Positions 27,441-36,422 are shown, numbered from the stretch's first letter. The stretch: 64,000 bases of DNA from an uncultured Candidatus Saccharibacteria bacterium (GCA_964391455.1 CAYMJQ010000002.1:12688-76687), one strand, 5' to 3'. The notes: a model not told the origin generated them from the letters alone. Translations and numbers: made by a program.

Positions 27441-27679
27441 ATTATTTGATATTTACTATCATATAACAATTATTATAAAAATAAAAGCTTTTAATTTATC
27501 AGACAAAATTTTGTTCAATTGTGGATAACTCTGGGGACATGTGTATTAAAGACAAGTCTTTGACTATTGTCAAATTTAAGGACCTTATAGTACATATTTT
27601 TATTATATGGCTTAAAATAAGTCTATTTTTCAATAGACATGGCTATTAAAGGTCTGTTCTTTACGTTTTTTATAAAAGT

Positions 27680-27748
27680 TTCACGTGAAATATATAAAAT
27701 AGTTACATATGTAACAAATATTTATTTAGAATTGGTTACATATGTAAC
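27680..27748. promoter_or_regulatory. operator-like cluster: TTTCACGTGAAA palindrome plus two copies of the perfect 14-bp palindrome GTTACATATGTAAC
   Basis: The exact palindromes sit at 27680-27691, 27702-27715 and 27735-27748. Each 14-mer is followed by (A/C)AATATTTA. All lie upstream of the 27788 gene. Confidence 0.45.
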
Positions 27749-27787
27749 CAATATTTACTTATTTTAATATAGGAGTATATTTTCTTT

Positions 27788-28228
27788 ATGTTTAATAAAA
27801 AATTTCACAAAGAACCTACAGATAAACAGAAAATTGGCCAGATGGGAGAAGATATTGCCTGTAATTATCTTGAAAATAAAGGTTATAAAATAGTCGAGAG
27901 AAATTATCTAAAAAAGTGGGGAGAGATTGATATAGTTTCCAAAAAAAGCAATATAATTCATTTTGTTGAGGTAAAAGCAGTTACTAGGAATTTTGACAGT
28001 GTTACACATGTAACAAATAACGGTAATTATAAACATAATGACTCTTATAATCCCGAAGACAATATGCACCCTTGGAAACTCAAGAGGTTAACCAGAACAA
28101 TACAGTCATATTTGCTGGATAGAAGTGTTTCAGATGAAACAGAGTGGCAGTTTGATCTAGTTACTGTGTATATAGATTTAGATAAAGGACTTAATAGGGT
28201 AGAGGTTCTTGAAGACATTGTCCTATAA
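27788..28228 (+). CDS. YraN/UPF0102-like endonuclease-fold protein
   Basis: …GEDIACNYLENKGYKIVERNYLKKWGEIDIVSKKSNIIHFVEVKA… matches the YraN family pattern. The protein is longer (146 aa) with a C-terminal extension. Confidence 0.55.
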   Translation: MFNKKFHKEPTDKQKIGQMGEDIACNYLENKGYKIVERNYLKKWGEIDIVSKKSNIIHFVEVKAVTRNFDSVTHVTNNGNYKHNDSYNPEDNMHPWKLKRLTRTIQSYLLDRSVSDETEWQFDLVTVYIDLDKGLNRVEVLEDIVL

Positions 28229-28255
28229 TTCGAACTATTTCTTTGTGGTTCGAAA

Positions 28256-28645
28256 TTGTATAATTTAGATATGAAGGAATGTCGTTATTGTAAAAATAAA
28301 TATCCTGAGTCACATTTTGGAGTAGCACTCACCACTAAAGATAAAATTTATTATAGACATAAGTGTAAGTTTTGTTATCAAGAAACAAAAAAGAAGCTTC
28401 GAAGAAAGAATCAAGATTGGTTTCTTAATTTTAAGAAAAAGGGAAGGTGTAAATTATGTGGTAATAGTGATTATAGAGTTCTAGAGTTTCATCATTTATA
28501 TGAGAAGGATAAAGATTTTTCAATTGCTTATATGAGGAATAATAGTTTTAGTTTGGATAAAATGAGGCAAGAAATAAAAAAGTGTGCTATATTATGTGCT
28601 AATTGTCACAGGATTACACATTGGGAGAAAAACAGTTGGCAATAA
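28256..28645 (+). CDS. HNH endonuclease
   Basis: A Cys-rich 129-aa protein with the motifs EFHH…N…CANCHRITH. Confidence 0.65.
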   Translation: MYNLDMKECRYCKNKYPESHFGVALTTKDKIYYRHKCKFCYQETKKKLRRKNQDWFLNFKKKGRCKLCGNSDYRVLEFHHLYEKDKDFSIAYMRNNSFSLDKMRQEIKKCAILCANCHRITHWEKNSWQ

Positions 28646-28646
28646 A

Positions 28647-28718
28647 CGGAGTGTAGTGAAACGGCTATCATACCTGTTTTGGGAACAGGCGATCCGAGTT
28701 CGAATCTCGGCACTCCGA
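28647..28718 (+). tRNA. tRNA-Pro (anticodon UGG)
   Basis: cggagtg-ta-gtga…cctgt-tttggga-acagg-cgat-ccgag-ttcgaat-ctcgg-cactccg-a. It is 72 nt with a C1:G72 pair. It starts 2 nt after the HNH stop. Confidence 0.85.
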
Positions 28719-28783
28719 CAAGAGTTTTATGATAAACCGCCGACCTCACAAAGTGAGATTCGGCGGTTTGGTGGTAAGGTGTG

Positions 28784-28906
28784 CTAGGTGACTATCCCAG
28801 CATACCATTTTCCGGTTCGTCGCTTCCTGTTTGCAAATCGGTTTTTCCACTTGGCGTACTGAACGCCAGCGAAAAAAGCGATTACAAAAAGAACAATTTC
28901 TGTCAT
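28784..28906 (-). CDS. GC-rich 40-aa hydrophobic peptide with basic tail (type I toxin-like), SD-preceded
   Basis: My minus-strand translation is MTEIVLFVIAFFAGVQYAKWKNRFANRKRRTGKWYAGIVT. It is preceded by GGAGGG and 5 nt. It lies in a GC-rich structured block right after tRNA-Pro. Confidence 0.4.
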   Translation of the reverse strand: MTEIVLFVIAFFAGVQYAKWKNRFANRKRRTGKWYAGIVT

Positions 28907-28970
28907 TTTTCCCTCCATAAAAAATAGTACAACATATACTTTTTTTGTCAAAATATGTTATATTTCTAAA

Positions 28971-29267
28971 ATGCCGTTTATAAAAAATACAGAAAATTTT
29001 ATTTGTGAGAAGTGCGGTAATGAAGTAGTGGGGGATGGTTATACTAATCATTGCCCAGAATGTTTGTGGTCCAAACATGTAGATATTTATCCAGGGGATA
29101 GATTAAATACTTGTAAGGGTATGATGGAGCCGGTTGGAATAGAGAAGAAGGGGAGAGAATATAATATTTTACATAAATGCACCAAATGTGGTTTTGAGAA
29201 AACAAATAAGGCAAATAAAAATGATAATTTTCAAATGATAATTCAAGTCTCAGCTAATCCTAAATAA
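28971..29267 (+). CDS. small zinc-ribbon protein (CxxC…HCPEC…CTKC; RNHCP-like)
   Basis: A 98-aa protein with four Cys pairs. 'TNHCPECLW' resembles RNHCP-type ribbons. Confidence 0.45.
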   Translation: MPFIKNTENFICEKCGNEVVGDGYTNHCPECLWSKHVDIYPGDRLNTCKGMMEPVGIEKKGREYNILHKCTKCGFEKTNKANKNDNFQMIIQVSANPK

Positions 29268-29269
29268 AA

Positions 29270-30400
29270 TTATTTGATTAATTCATCAATTATCATTTTT
29301 GATAGTTCAGCTCCTTTTGTGTTTTGAAAGTTTTTTGCAAATTGTTCATGGTTTAGGTTTAAAAAACTTATCAAATCTAAAGATATTTCTTTTTGTAAGG
29401 ATCGGTTTATATATGGAGTTGTGATAGCATTCAAGTTTCTGGTACTAGTGGTTTCTCCATTTGAACTCGTGGTTATTATTCCAATAAGTAAAGAATTTTT
29501 ATCTACAACAAGCCCACCAGAAGAACCTTTTTGTGAGACTACAGTTCCTCCAACAGAGATTACATCAATAGTCTCTTCTTTAAAAGTAAATACATCTTGA
29601 ATATTAGTTATACTACTTACAATATTTAAATCTCTAAGTATTGATAGTCCTCCTAAAAATCCAGCAGGGTAGGAGGCGAGTAAGACCGGTTCTCCAATTT
29701 TAATATTTTCTCTAATACTCGGTTGTATATAAGGGATTGTTTCGTTTTTTGTAGGATTTAAAGTTTCTGTGATTCTTATAAACGCAAAATCATCTTTGCC
29801 TGTGCCTTGAGGGTCTTTGTCTTTTAATATCGCTTTATTTTCTTCTACCCAGTTTGGAGATATGTATACAAGTTCTAAATTGTATTTTGGGTATGCGGGA
29901 CTTCCTGTTCTACCTATACATTTTAGATAGTCCTTTTCTCCAAAATCTTTTAACAAAAAGTATTGTGCTATGTGTGCGTTGGTTAGGATTAAACCTTGTG
30001 AATTTATCAATACACCCGTGCCAGATATAGGGGATAGATCATTGTATTTTGTTGTACATAAAATATTTATTGTTGTTTTTCTAGCCTCAGTATTTATTTT
30101 TTCAAAATCTGGTAATGGTTCTGGTTCTATTTTGACTGGGATTTCTATTTTTTCTTCAATTTTTATTTCGGTTTTTGTTTCTGTTTTATTTGTATTTGTT
30201 TCTAAGTTTGGTCTTGGTACCAGGTTTGTTTCTTTTTCTGTGTTTTTAGTTGTTGTTGCCTTTGTTTCTACAACCGGTTCACTTATTGAAGTTTCTTTTT
30301 CTGGTGCTACATAAACAGGATCATTTGGAGACGTGTTGAATAATTGCCCAATGAATATTATCGGGGCGAATATGATAGAAATTATTGTCTTAATTAACAT
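29270..30400 (-). CDS. membrane-anchored trypsin-like (S1) serine protease
   Basis: An N-terminal TM helix, a Thr/Glu/Lys-rich linker, then a chymotrypsin fold (…TNAHIAQY…, …GSSGGLVVD…). No PDZ domain is visible. Confidence 0.7.
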   Translation of the reverse strand: MLIKTIISIIFAPIIFIGQLFNTSPNDPVYVAPEKETSISEPVVETKATTTKNTEKETNLVPRPNLETNTNKTETKTEIKIEEKIEIPVKIEPEPLPDFEKINTEARKTTINILCTTKYNDLSPISGTGVLINSQGLILTNAHIAQYFLLKDFGEKDYLKCIGRTGSPAYPKYNLELVYISPNWVEENKAILKDKDPQGTGKDDFAFIRITETLNPTKNETIPYIQPSIRENIKIGEPVLLASYPAGFLGGLSILRDLNIVSSITNIQDVFTFKEETIDVISVGGTVVSQKGSSGGLVVDKNSLLIGIITTSSNGETTSTRNLNAITTPYINRSLQKEISLDLISFLNLNHEQFAKNFQNTKGAELSKMIIDELIK

Positions 30401-30470
30401 TTTATGATTATAACATTAAGAAAAAAATAATTGCTGTAAACTGTTTTCTTTGGTAAGATACTCTTTAATT

Positions 30471-30541
30471 GCGGGATTAGTTTAGTGGTAGAATGACTGC
30501 CTTCCAAGCAGTATACACCAGTTCGATTCTGGTATCCCGCA
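30471..30541 (+). tRNA. tRNA-Gly (anticodon UCC)
   Basis: gcgggat-ta-gttt-agtggta-gaat-g-actgc-cttccaa-gcagt-atac-accag-ttcgatt-ctggt-atcccgc-a. It is 71 nt and very similar to bacterial tRNA-Gly(UCC). Confidence 0.85.
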
Positions 30542-30735
30542 CAAAATAAAATCCCCGAATGGGGATTTTATGTTGAGGATACCAGAATCGAACTAGATAG
30601 AGTTCGGGAAAGAAAGTCTTTCCCGTGGAGGAAGGCAACGAGCGGAGCGAGTGTTGGAAAACCGAGGGTTTCCAAGGAGTGAGATATCTGGTATCCCGCA
30701 CACGAGAAGCCCGAAAGGGCTTTTTATTGTGTGTG
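30542..30735. repeat. tRNA-Gly 3'-end-derived direct and inverted repeats framing a GC-rich structured element, with flanking terminator hairpins
   Basis: The 15-nt direct repeat ctggtatcccgcaca occurs at the tRNA 3' end and again at about 30684. An inverted near-copy of the T-arm and acceptor (gaggataccagaatcgaact) lies at about 30574. Hairpin plus T-run terminators sit at 30549-30572 and 30705-30730. Confidence 0.45.
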
Positions 30736-31273
30736 GAATAAGCAAAACATTGTTTTGCGTCCAGAATCGAAAGACGGAGCGGGTACCAGTTCAGCAGAAC
30801 TGGTCGTGAGTCGAGGTTGTTCTCTACAGTTTCATTTATTGTGTTATAATTTGGTAATTGTGAATACAATTACCTCCGGTCAAAAGTTTTTTTATAATTT
30901 AATTGCTAATGTAGTTTTTCTACTGCATTTATTTCTGGTTTTGGTGGTTTGTATTGGTTGGGCTTTTCCTTCTTTGTTTTATCTATTTTTATTTCTACTT
31001 TCAATAACAGCTCTTTCTGAAATTTTTCTAGGATATTGTATTTTAACTAAGTGGGAATTTAGTTTAAGAAAAAAAATTGATCCAAGTAGACAATTTGATA
31101 CATCATGCATATTTCATTATGGTAGAGCCATGTTCGGATTAGGACCAAGGGTTCCAACTAATAAAAAAGAAGCCGGATTTTTCAAAAAGTATTCATCACT
31201 TCTAGTGTTACTACTACCTTTATTAGGAGCTATTCTGGTTAAGTTTGGGCCAGGGACTTTACAAAATTTTTGA
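30731..31273 (+). CDS. small polytopic membrane protein resembling DUF2784 (C-x-LT-x-WE motif); N-terminus uncertain
   Basis: The C-terminal two-thirds (…LHLFLVLVVCIGWAF…SEIFLGYCILTKWEFSLRKK…) looks like a real membrane protein. The track start overlaps the tRNA-derived element, so the true start is probably an internal GTG or TTG (30806 or 30860). An extended -10 tgtgttataat lies at about 30841. Confidence 0.4.
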   Translation: MWNKQNIVLRPESKDGAGTSSAELVVSRGCSLQFHLLCYNLVIVNTITSGQKFFYNLIANVVFLLHLFLVLVVCIGWAFPSLFYLFLFLLSITALSEIFLGYCILTKWEFSLRKKIDPSRQFDTSCIFHYGRAMFGLGPRVPTNKKEAGFFKKYSSLLVLLLPLLGAILVKFGPGTLQNF

Positions 31274-31284
31274 TAGGAGTAATA

Positions 31285-31452
31285 TTTAACACGGAGGTTC
31301 ATCGGGGTCTAGCCACTGTGCTCAAGTCCACGCTAAGTGAAAACTGGTCCGGATTTTCCGGATAAAGGACCACAATAAATGTGGACTCGCGGTGCACTTG
31401 CACCCCAAAGAACACCGGCTGAGAGTTGCTTCGGCAGCTCTCAGCCTTTTAT
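31285..31452 (+). ncRNA. candidate structured RNA / elaborate 3'UTR ending in a UUCG-loop terminator
   Basis: A GC-elevated block with nested stems (agtccac…gtggact enclosing ggtccgg…ggacc). It ends in the ggctgagagttgc-ttcg-gcagctctcagcc hairpin plus T-run (31417-31452). A second, bidirectional terminator follows. Confidence 0.25.
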
Positions 31453-31457
31453 ATTAT

Positions 31458-31487
31458 CAAAAAACACCTTGTTACAAGGTGTTTTTT
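31458..31487. terminator. bidirectional intrinsic terminator (A-run, hairpin aacaccttg/caaggtgtt, T-run) ending hup
   Basis: The sequence aaaaaacaccttgttacaaggtgttttttg is visible. Confidence 0.55.
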
Positions 31488-31534
31488 GATTTCTTCTAGA
31501 AAAAATCAGACATCTGTGTCAGATTTAAGAACTT

Positions 31535-31807
31535 TTACTTAACGGCTTCTTTAAGAGCCTTAGCTGCTCTAAACTTAGGAACTTTCATCGCAGGAACAGA
31601 GATTGTTTCTCCTGTTCTTGGGTTTCTTGCTTGTCTTGCAGCTCTTGTCTTTGTTGAAAAGATTCCAAGACCGGCTATAGATACCTCACCACCTTTTTTA
31701 AGGGTGTTTACTATAGAATCTATTACTAAATCCACTACTTCTTCAGCTTGGACCTTTGTACTGCCCAATTTTTCATGTACCGCATCCACAATACCTGCTT
31801 TATTCAT
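31535..31807 (-). CDS. hup: DNA-binding protein HU
   Basis: A 90-aa canonical HU fold sequence (…GFGTFSTKTRAARQARNPRTGE…). Confidence 0.9.
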   Translation of the reverse strand: MNKAGIVDAVHEKLGSTKVQAEEVVDLVIDSIVNTLKKGGEVSIAGLGIFSTKTRAARQARNPRTGETISVPAMKVPKFRAAKALKEAVK

Positions 31808-32051
31808 AGTTTTTTGTAATTATTAAACCTACTAATAATCCACTATCTACTAGTAAATAGTATACAGTAAGGACTTTTTAGGGCAATACCTTGACACATT
31901 ACCAAAAAACTTGCAGAAAATTACCTTATACTAGGTTGATAAAATTATTTTAGATACTAGGCGCTGGAGATTTTACGATTGAGCCTTACAAATAGTAAGG
32001 TGAATGAGTAAAATTGAACAGCAACAACGTAGATGAAATGATTTTGGTAAC

Positions 32052-33581
32052 CTAGCGTGCGAACTCGATGGTGCGTGACTCACGTATTACACTAACTTTT
32101 ATCTCACCAGGGTATTTTAATTCAGATTCTATTTTTACAGCAATATCCCTCGCCATTTTTTTTGCTTCTAAATCAGTTACTTCAGTTGGAGTTACAAATA
32201 TTCTTATTTCTCTTCCAGCTTGAAGGGCGTATGATTTTTCTACTCCTTTAAATGAATTTGCCACTGCTTCCAAATCTTTTAATCTCTTTAGATAGTTTTC
32301 TATACTATCTCTTCTTGCACCAGGTCTTCCTCCAGATATTGCATCTGCTGATTGAACTATTATTGATTCTATAGTTTCATAAGGGTATTCTTCGTGGTGT
32401 GCTTGCATTGCTTTTATAATACTTTCATCAGTTCCAAATTTTTGTAAGATTTTTCTACCTATTTCTACGTGAGTTCCAGCAACTTCATGATCTAATGCTT
32501 TTCCAATGTCATGCACCAAAGCTCCTGCTTTAGCCACTTGAACGTTGGCTCCTATTTCTTCAGCCAACATTCCAGCTATGTGAGCCATTTCTATTGAATG
32601 GGCCAACACATTTTGTCCGTAACTTGTTCTAAAGTGTAGTCTTCCCAATATAGAAATAACTTTTGGATCAAGACCTAAAACTCCAGTCTCATATACAGCT
32701 TCTTCTCCTTTTTGTTTGATTATTTTGTTTATTTCTTCTTCAGAAGCTTTTACCATGTCTTCTATTTTTGCTGGTTGTATTCTTCCATCAGTAATAAGTT
32801 TTTCTAAGGCGAGTTTAGCTACTTGTCTTCTGACTGGGTCAAAAGAAGATATGGTTATAGAGCCAGGTGTGTCATCCACAATGACTTCTACTCCAGTGCA
32901 TCTTTCAAATGCTTTTATATTTCTACCTTCTTTACCTATGATTTTTCCTTTAATCTCGTCGTTTGGAATGCTTACTGTAGTTGTGAGCATGTCTGAAGTT
33001 ACAGAATTAGAAAGTCTTTGTATTGAAGTTGCTAGAATTTCTTTAGCTTTTTCTTCTATTTTTTCATTTCCGGAAGCTTCCAGCTTTCTCATTTTAACCA
33101 AAATATCTTCTTCAGACTCTTTTTCAACTATTTTTAATATTTCTTCTTTTGCTTGTTCCTTGGTTAAATTAGCTATTTTTTGTAGTTCTTCTTTTTTCTC
33201 TTGTTCAATTTTTTCTGCATTTTCACGTATTTGCTTGATTTCTTGAATTTTTTTCTTAACCTCTTCAACCTCAGAATCTAAATCTCCTTGACGTTTTAAA
33301 AGAAGCTCGTCTTTTTTGATAAGCCTTTCTTCATTTTTTCTTACATCTTCTTCTTTCTGCTTTATTTCTGCTCTTGCTGTCGTTATTATTTCTTCTGCTT
33401 TTTTCTCTGCTTCTTCTATTATTTTTTGTTCTTTATCCTTGGCAACCAACATCATTTGCTGGATGTCTAGTTCCATAGAACCCTTTTTGCTTTTTGCGAC
33501 TAAAATACGCAAATAATAACCAATCACCATTGATGTGAGTGATGCGGCGCCTAACAATAGGCCTAATTTTTCTAATGACAT
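32052..33581 (-). CDS. rny: ribonuclease Y
   Basis: An N-terminal TM helix, a coiled coil, a KH domain and an HD domain (…LAHSIEMAHIAGMLAEEIG…HDIGK…). Confidence 0.85.
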   Translation of the reverse strand: MSLEKLGLLLGAASLTSMVIGYYLRILVAKSKKGSMELDIQQMMLVAKDKEQKIIEEAEKKAEEIITTARAEIKQKEEDVRKNEERLIKKDELLLKRQGDLDSEVEEVKKKIQEIKQIRENAEKIEQEKKEELQKIANLTKEQAKEEILKIVEKESEEDILVKMRKLEASGNEKIEEKAKEILATSIQRLSNSVTSDMLTTTVSIPNDEIKGKIIGKEGRNIKAFERCTGVEVIVDDTPGSITISSFDPVRRQVAKLALEKLITDGRIQPAKIEDMVKASEEEINKIIKQKGEEAVYETGVLGLDPKVISILGRLHFRTSYGQNVLAHSIEMAHIAGMLAEEIGANVQVAKAGALVHDIGKALDHEVAGTHVEIGRKILQKFGTDESIIKAMQAHHEEYPYETIESIIVQSADAISGGRPGARRDSIENYLKRLKDLEAVANSFKGVEKSYALQAGREIRIFVTPTEVTDLEAKKMARDIAVKIESELKYPGEIKVSVIRESRTIEFAR

Positions 33582-33802
33582 TTTTTCGGAACCCCCTTTT
33601 TCTGCTTCTCGAGACTTTTATAGAATACTTTCAATATTTATTATTTGGAAATACTTTAAAATTTTCAATTTGTGTTTCAGAGTTTCAGTAAATAATCAGA
33701 ATAAATCAAGAAAAGACAAAAACTAACGGTTATTTAATTAATTTAAGTAATACTCGTACTATATAAGAAACAGGGGAATAAGTCAAAAATGTATTAACGA
33801 AG

Positions 33803-34378
33803 TTAGTTTAGGACTTTGTCTATAATACCGTACTTTTTTGCTTCATCAGCCGTCATGTAGAAATCTCTATCTCCATCTTTTTCTATTTTTGAAAAAGGTT
33901 GACCTGTGTTTTTAGACAGTATTTTGTATAAGTTTTCTCTCATTCTGATTATATTTTTAGCCCCAATTTCAATATCAGAAGCTTGTCCCTCAAGGCCTCT
34001 TAGTAGTGGTTGGTGAATCATAACCTCAGCGTTTGGCAAAGAAAATCTTTTTCCTTTTTTACCAGCCGATAAGATTACAGCTCCCATAGATGCGGCTACC
34101 CCAACACAGACGGTGGAAACATCATTTTTTATGTAATTCATTGTATCTACAATAGCTAACCCCGCCGTAACTGATCCACCAGGAGAGTTTATGTAAAAAG
34201 AAATGTCTTTTTTCGGGTCTTCGGATTGAAGAAATAGCATTTGGGCAATAATAAGGTTAGCTACATGGTCATCTATTGGACCATCTAGGAAAATAATATT
34301 ATCTCTAAGTAGTCGAGAGAATATGTCGTACGCTCTTTCGCCAAATTGTGATTTTTCTATTACGGTTGGTATAAGCAT
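33803..34378 (-). CDS. clpP: ATP-dependent Clp protease proteolytic subunit
   Basis: …[19 protein letters not shown]…[12 protein letters not shown]… with the Ser-His-Asp catalytic triad context. Confidence 0.9.
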   Translation of the reverse strand: MLIPTVIEKSQFGERAYDIFSRLLRDNIIFLDGPIDDHVANLIIAQMLFLQSEDPKKDISFYINSPGGSVTAGLAIVDTMNYIKNDVSTVCVGVAASMGAVILSAGKKGKRFSLPNAEVMIHQPLLRGLEGQASDIEIGAKNIIRMRENLYKILSKNTGQPFSKIEKDGDRDFYMTADEAKKYGIIDKVLN

Positions 34379-34462
34379 TTTTTATAAAATTAATTTGTTT
34401 TATGAGTATACCAGAAAGTGCATTTTTGTAAAATTGTGGTATAGTTTCATAAAACAAATTTT

Positions 34463-35164
34463 ATGCGAGTTCATAGATTTTATACAAGCACTCCTATAAC
34501 CTTAAAGAAATTTGATATCACCGATCGAGATATGATTCATCAGTGGAAATCAGTTTTTCGTTACAACGTGGGTTCACAAGTAATATTATTTGATGGTTCT
34601 GGCGTTGATTACCTGTGCATGATCACTTCGCTCAGAAATCTTGGAGCAACTTTAGAAGTAATTGAAAATAAAGAAGTCGGTATGAATAGAAATAATGTGT
34701 ATCTGTGTATGGCATTAGTTAAAAAAGATAATTTTGAATTAATAGCACAAAAAGTTACTGAGATAGGTGTCACACACATTGTTCCAATACTTTGTGAAAG
34801 AAGTGAAAAAAGAAAATTAAATATGGATAGGTTAAACAAAATAATTTTAGAAAGTTCAGAGCAGTCAGGCAGGGGAGATATTCCAACTATTCATGAAGTT
34901 ATGAAAATAGAAGAAGTTTTTAAAAAGGGAATATTACCACAAGAAAAAATAGTTTTGCATCCAGAGGGGGATGCGCTTAAAAAATATCTAAGTGGGTTAC
35001 ATGAAACTAAATCATTTGCTGTTTTTGTTGGTCCAGAAGGCGGTTTTAGTCCAAAAGAAATAGAGTTATTGAAATCCTATAATGTTCCAGCAATTTCTCT
35101 AGGCTCCCAGATACTTCGTGCTGAAACTGCAGCCATAGCAATATCTAGTTTGTTGATTTTATAA
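34463..35164 (+). CDS. rsmE: 16S rRNA (uracil1498-N3)-methyltransferase RsmE
   Basis: The N-terminus RVHRFY and a C-terminal SPOUT knot motif; 233 aa. Confidence 0.75.
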   Translation: MRVHRFYTSTPITLKKFDITDRDMIHQWKSVFRYNVGSQVILFDGSGVDYLCMITSLRNLGATLEVIENKEVGMNRNNVYLCMALVKKDNFELIAQKVTEIGVTHIVPILCERSEKRKLNMDRLNKIILESSEQSGRGDIPTIHEVMKIEEVFKKGILPQEKIVLHPEGDALKKYLSGLHETKSFAVFVGPEGGFSPKEIELLKSYNVPAISLGSQILRAETAAIAISSLLIL

Positions 35165-35264
35165 AATCTCGTCGAGCACATATCTTTTTTTGACCTAGGA
35201 CAAAGCGAAATCTCCGCAGGAGAGATTGAGCAGTCTAAAAAATTGTATGTGTGAGAAAGAGGTT

Positions 35265-36359
35265 TTATTTTTGTTTTTCTAAAAACTGGAATACTAGTTC
35301 ATTCGTAAGAAAAGTTTCTACATACATTCTTACTCTGAATCTATCTGCATCTTTATGGTGAGAGAGAATATGTTCCATTTCTCTTTTTATATCTTCTTCT
35401 TTTGATGCGATTTTTTCTTTCTTTGCAATTTCATTTAAAATTATTTGAGATTTTGCTCTTTTTGTTGCAGGTTCTTTCCATTCTAATCTAATATCTTCCT
35501 CTGTTTTCTTTATATGTTTTAAGTAATCTTCATAAGAGATACCACTTTTTGCTATATCATCCTTAAATTGGGCAAGCATTTTTTCCATCTCACCATCTAC
35601 AATTATTTTAGGTATATCTATTTTTGAATCTTCTATGATTTTTTCTAGAATTTTAGTTCTTCTTTTATCTTTCTCTTTTAGTTCTTTTTCTTTTGCAAGG
35701 TTTTCTTTTATTTTAGATTTCATATCTTCTAGGTTTTCAAAATTACCTAGCATTTTTGCGAAATCATCATTGACTTCTGGTAAGTCGCTGTCTTCTATTT
35801 TCCTGTGATTATGTTCTACACCTCCTCCCGCTTCAGCGTGAACTTTTTCATGAGCTAGATTATGTCTTATGGTTTCAATTACCTCTTGTATTTCTTTATC
35901 AAGCACCTCTACAGTTTCTTTTTTTTCAGAGAGTTGCTTTTTTGCAATATCTTTATAATTAGCTAATTCTATATCTGGCATTAAATAGGTTTTGATTTTA
36001 AATTCCATATCTGAACCTAATCCTATTTTAGTTATAGTTATTTCTGGTCTGCCTATAGCATCTATGTTGTGTTCTTCCAAAATGTTCGGATACTCTTCTG
36101 TAAGAGCAATCTCTGCCGCTTCTTCAAGTAAAGAGCCTTCTCCAATCTTTTGCGCTACCAAAGAATCAGGAGCATTTCCTTTTCTAAATCCAGGAAGTTC
36201 AACTGATTCTTTCAGTTTTTTGAGAGCCTTTTCCCTCATTAAACTCATTTTTTCAGCTGTTATCGTCCCTAATATTTCTAATTCTCTTTCTGGTAGGTGA
36301 TTTAGTTTTATATTTTTATAGTTTTTAGACATATTCAAAGAGTCTATATTATAAGGCAT
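35265..36359 (-). CDS. tig: trigger factor-like chaperone lacking the PPIase domain
   Basis: The ribosome-binding signature GFRKGNAP (compare GFRKGKVP) lies in the N-domain. A C-terminal helical arm domain is present and no FKBP domain is evident. The true start may be the internal ATG (MSKNYKN…). Confidence 0.65.
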   Translation of the reverse strand: MPYNIDSLNMSKNYKNIKLNHLPERELEILGTITAEKMSLMREKALKKLKESVELPGFRKGNAPDSLVAQKIGEGSLLEEAAEIALTEEYPNILEEHNIDAIGRPEITITKIGLGSDMEFKIKTYLMPDIELANYKDIAKKQLSEKKETVEVLDKEIQEVIETIRHNLAHEKVHAEAGGGVEHNHRKIEDSDLPEVNDDFAKMLGNFENLEDMKSKIKENLAKEKELKEKDKRRTKILEKIIEDSKIDIPKIIVDGEMEKMLAQFKDDIAKSGISYEDYLKHIKKTEEDIRLEWKEPATKRAKSQIILNEIAKKEKIASKEEDIKREMEHILSHHKDADRFRVRMYVETFLTNELVFQFLEKQK

Positions 36360-36422
36360 ATTTTGGCAATATTAAAAAATTGCCTATAAAGGCAATTTTT
36401 TAATTTGAACTGAAAATTTATT

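Noticed and set aside
25431-27530. Perfect DnaA-box 9-mers (TTATCCACA at 25431; TGTGGATAA at 27522) as evidence of oriC
   Set aside because: Two isolated 9-mers in 64 kb are close to chance expectation for an AT-rich genome. There is no cluster and no adjacent dnaA or dnaN. oriC is more likely just upstream of rpmH, outside the window.
28584-29078. ORFs 28584..28787 (+) and 28746..29078 (-) around tRNA-Pro
   Set aside because: They overlap the tRNA or are in the wrong frame relative to the SD-preceded 40-aa peptide. They have no initiation signals of their own.
30477-30869. 130-aa minus-strand ORF overlapping tRNA-Gly(UCC) and the repeat element
   Set aside because: It runs straight through a tRNA gene and two terminator hairpins. 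It is spurious.
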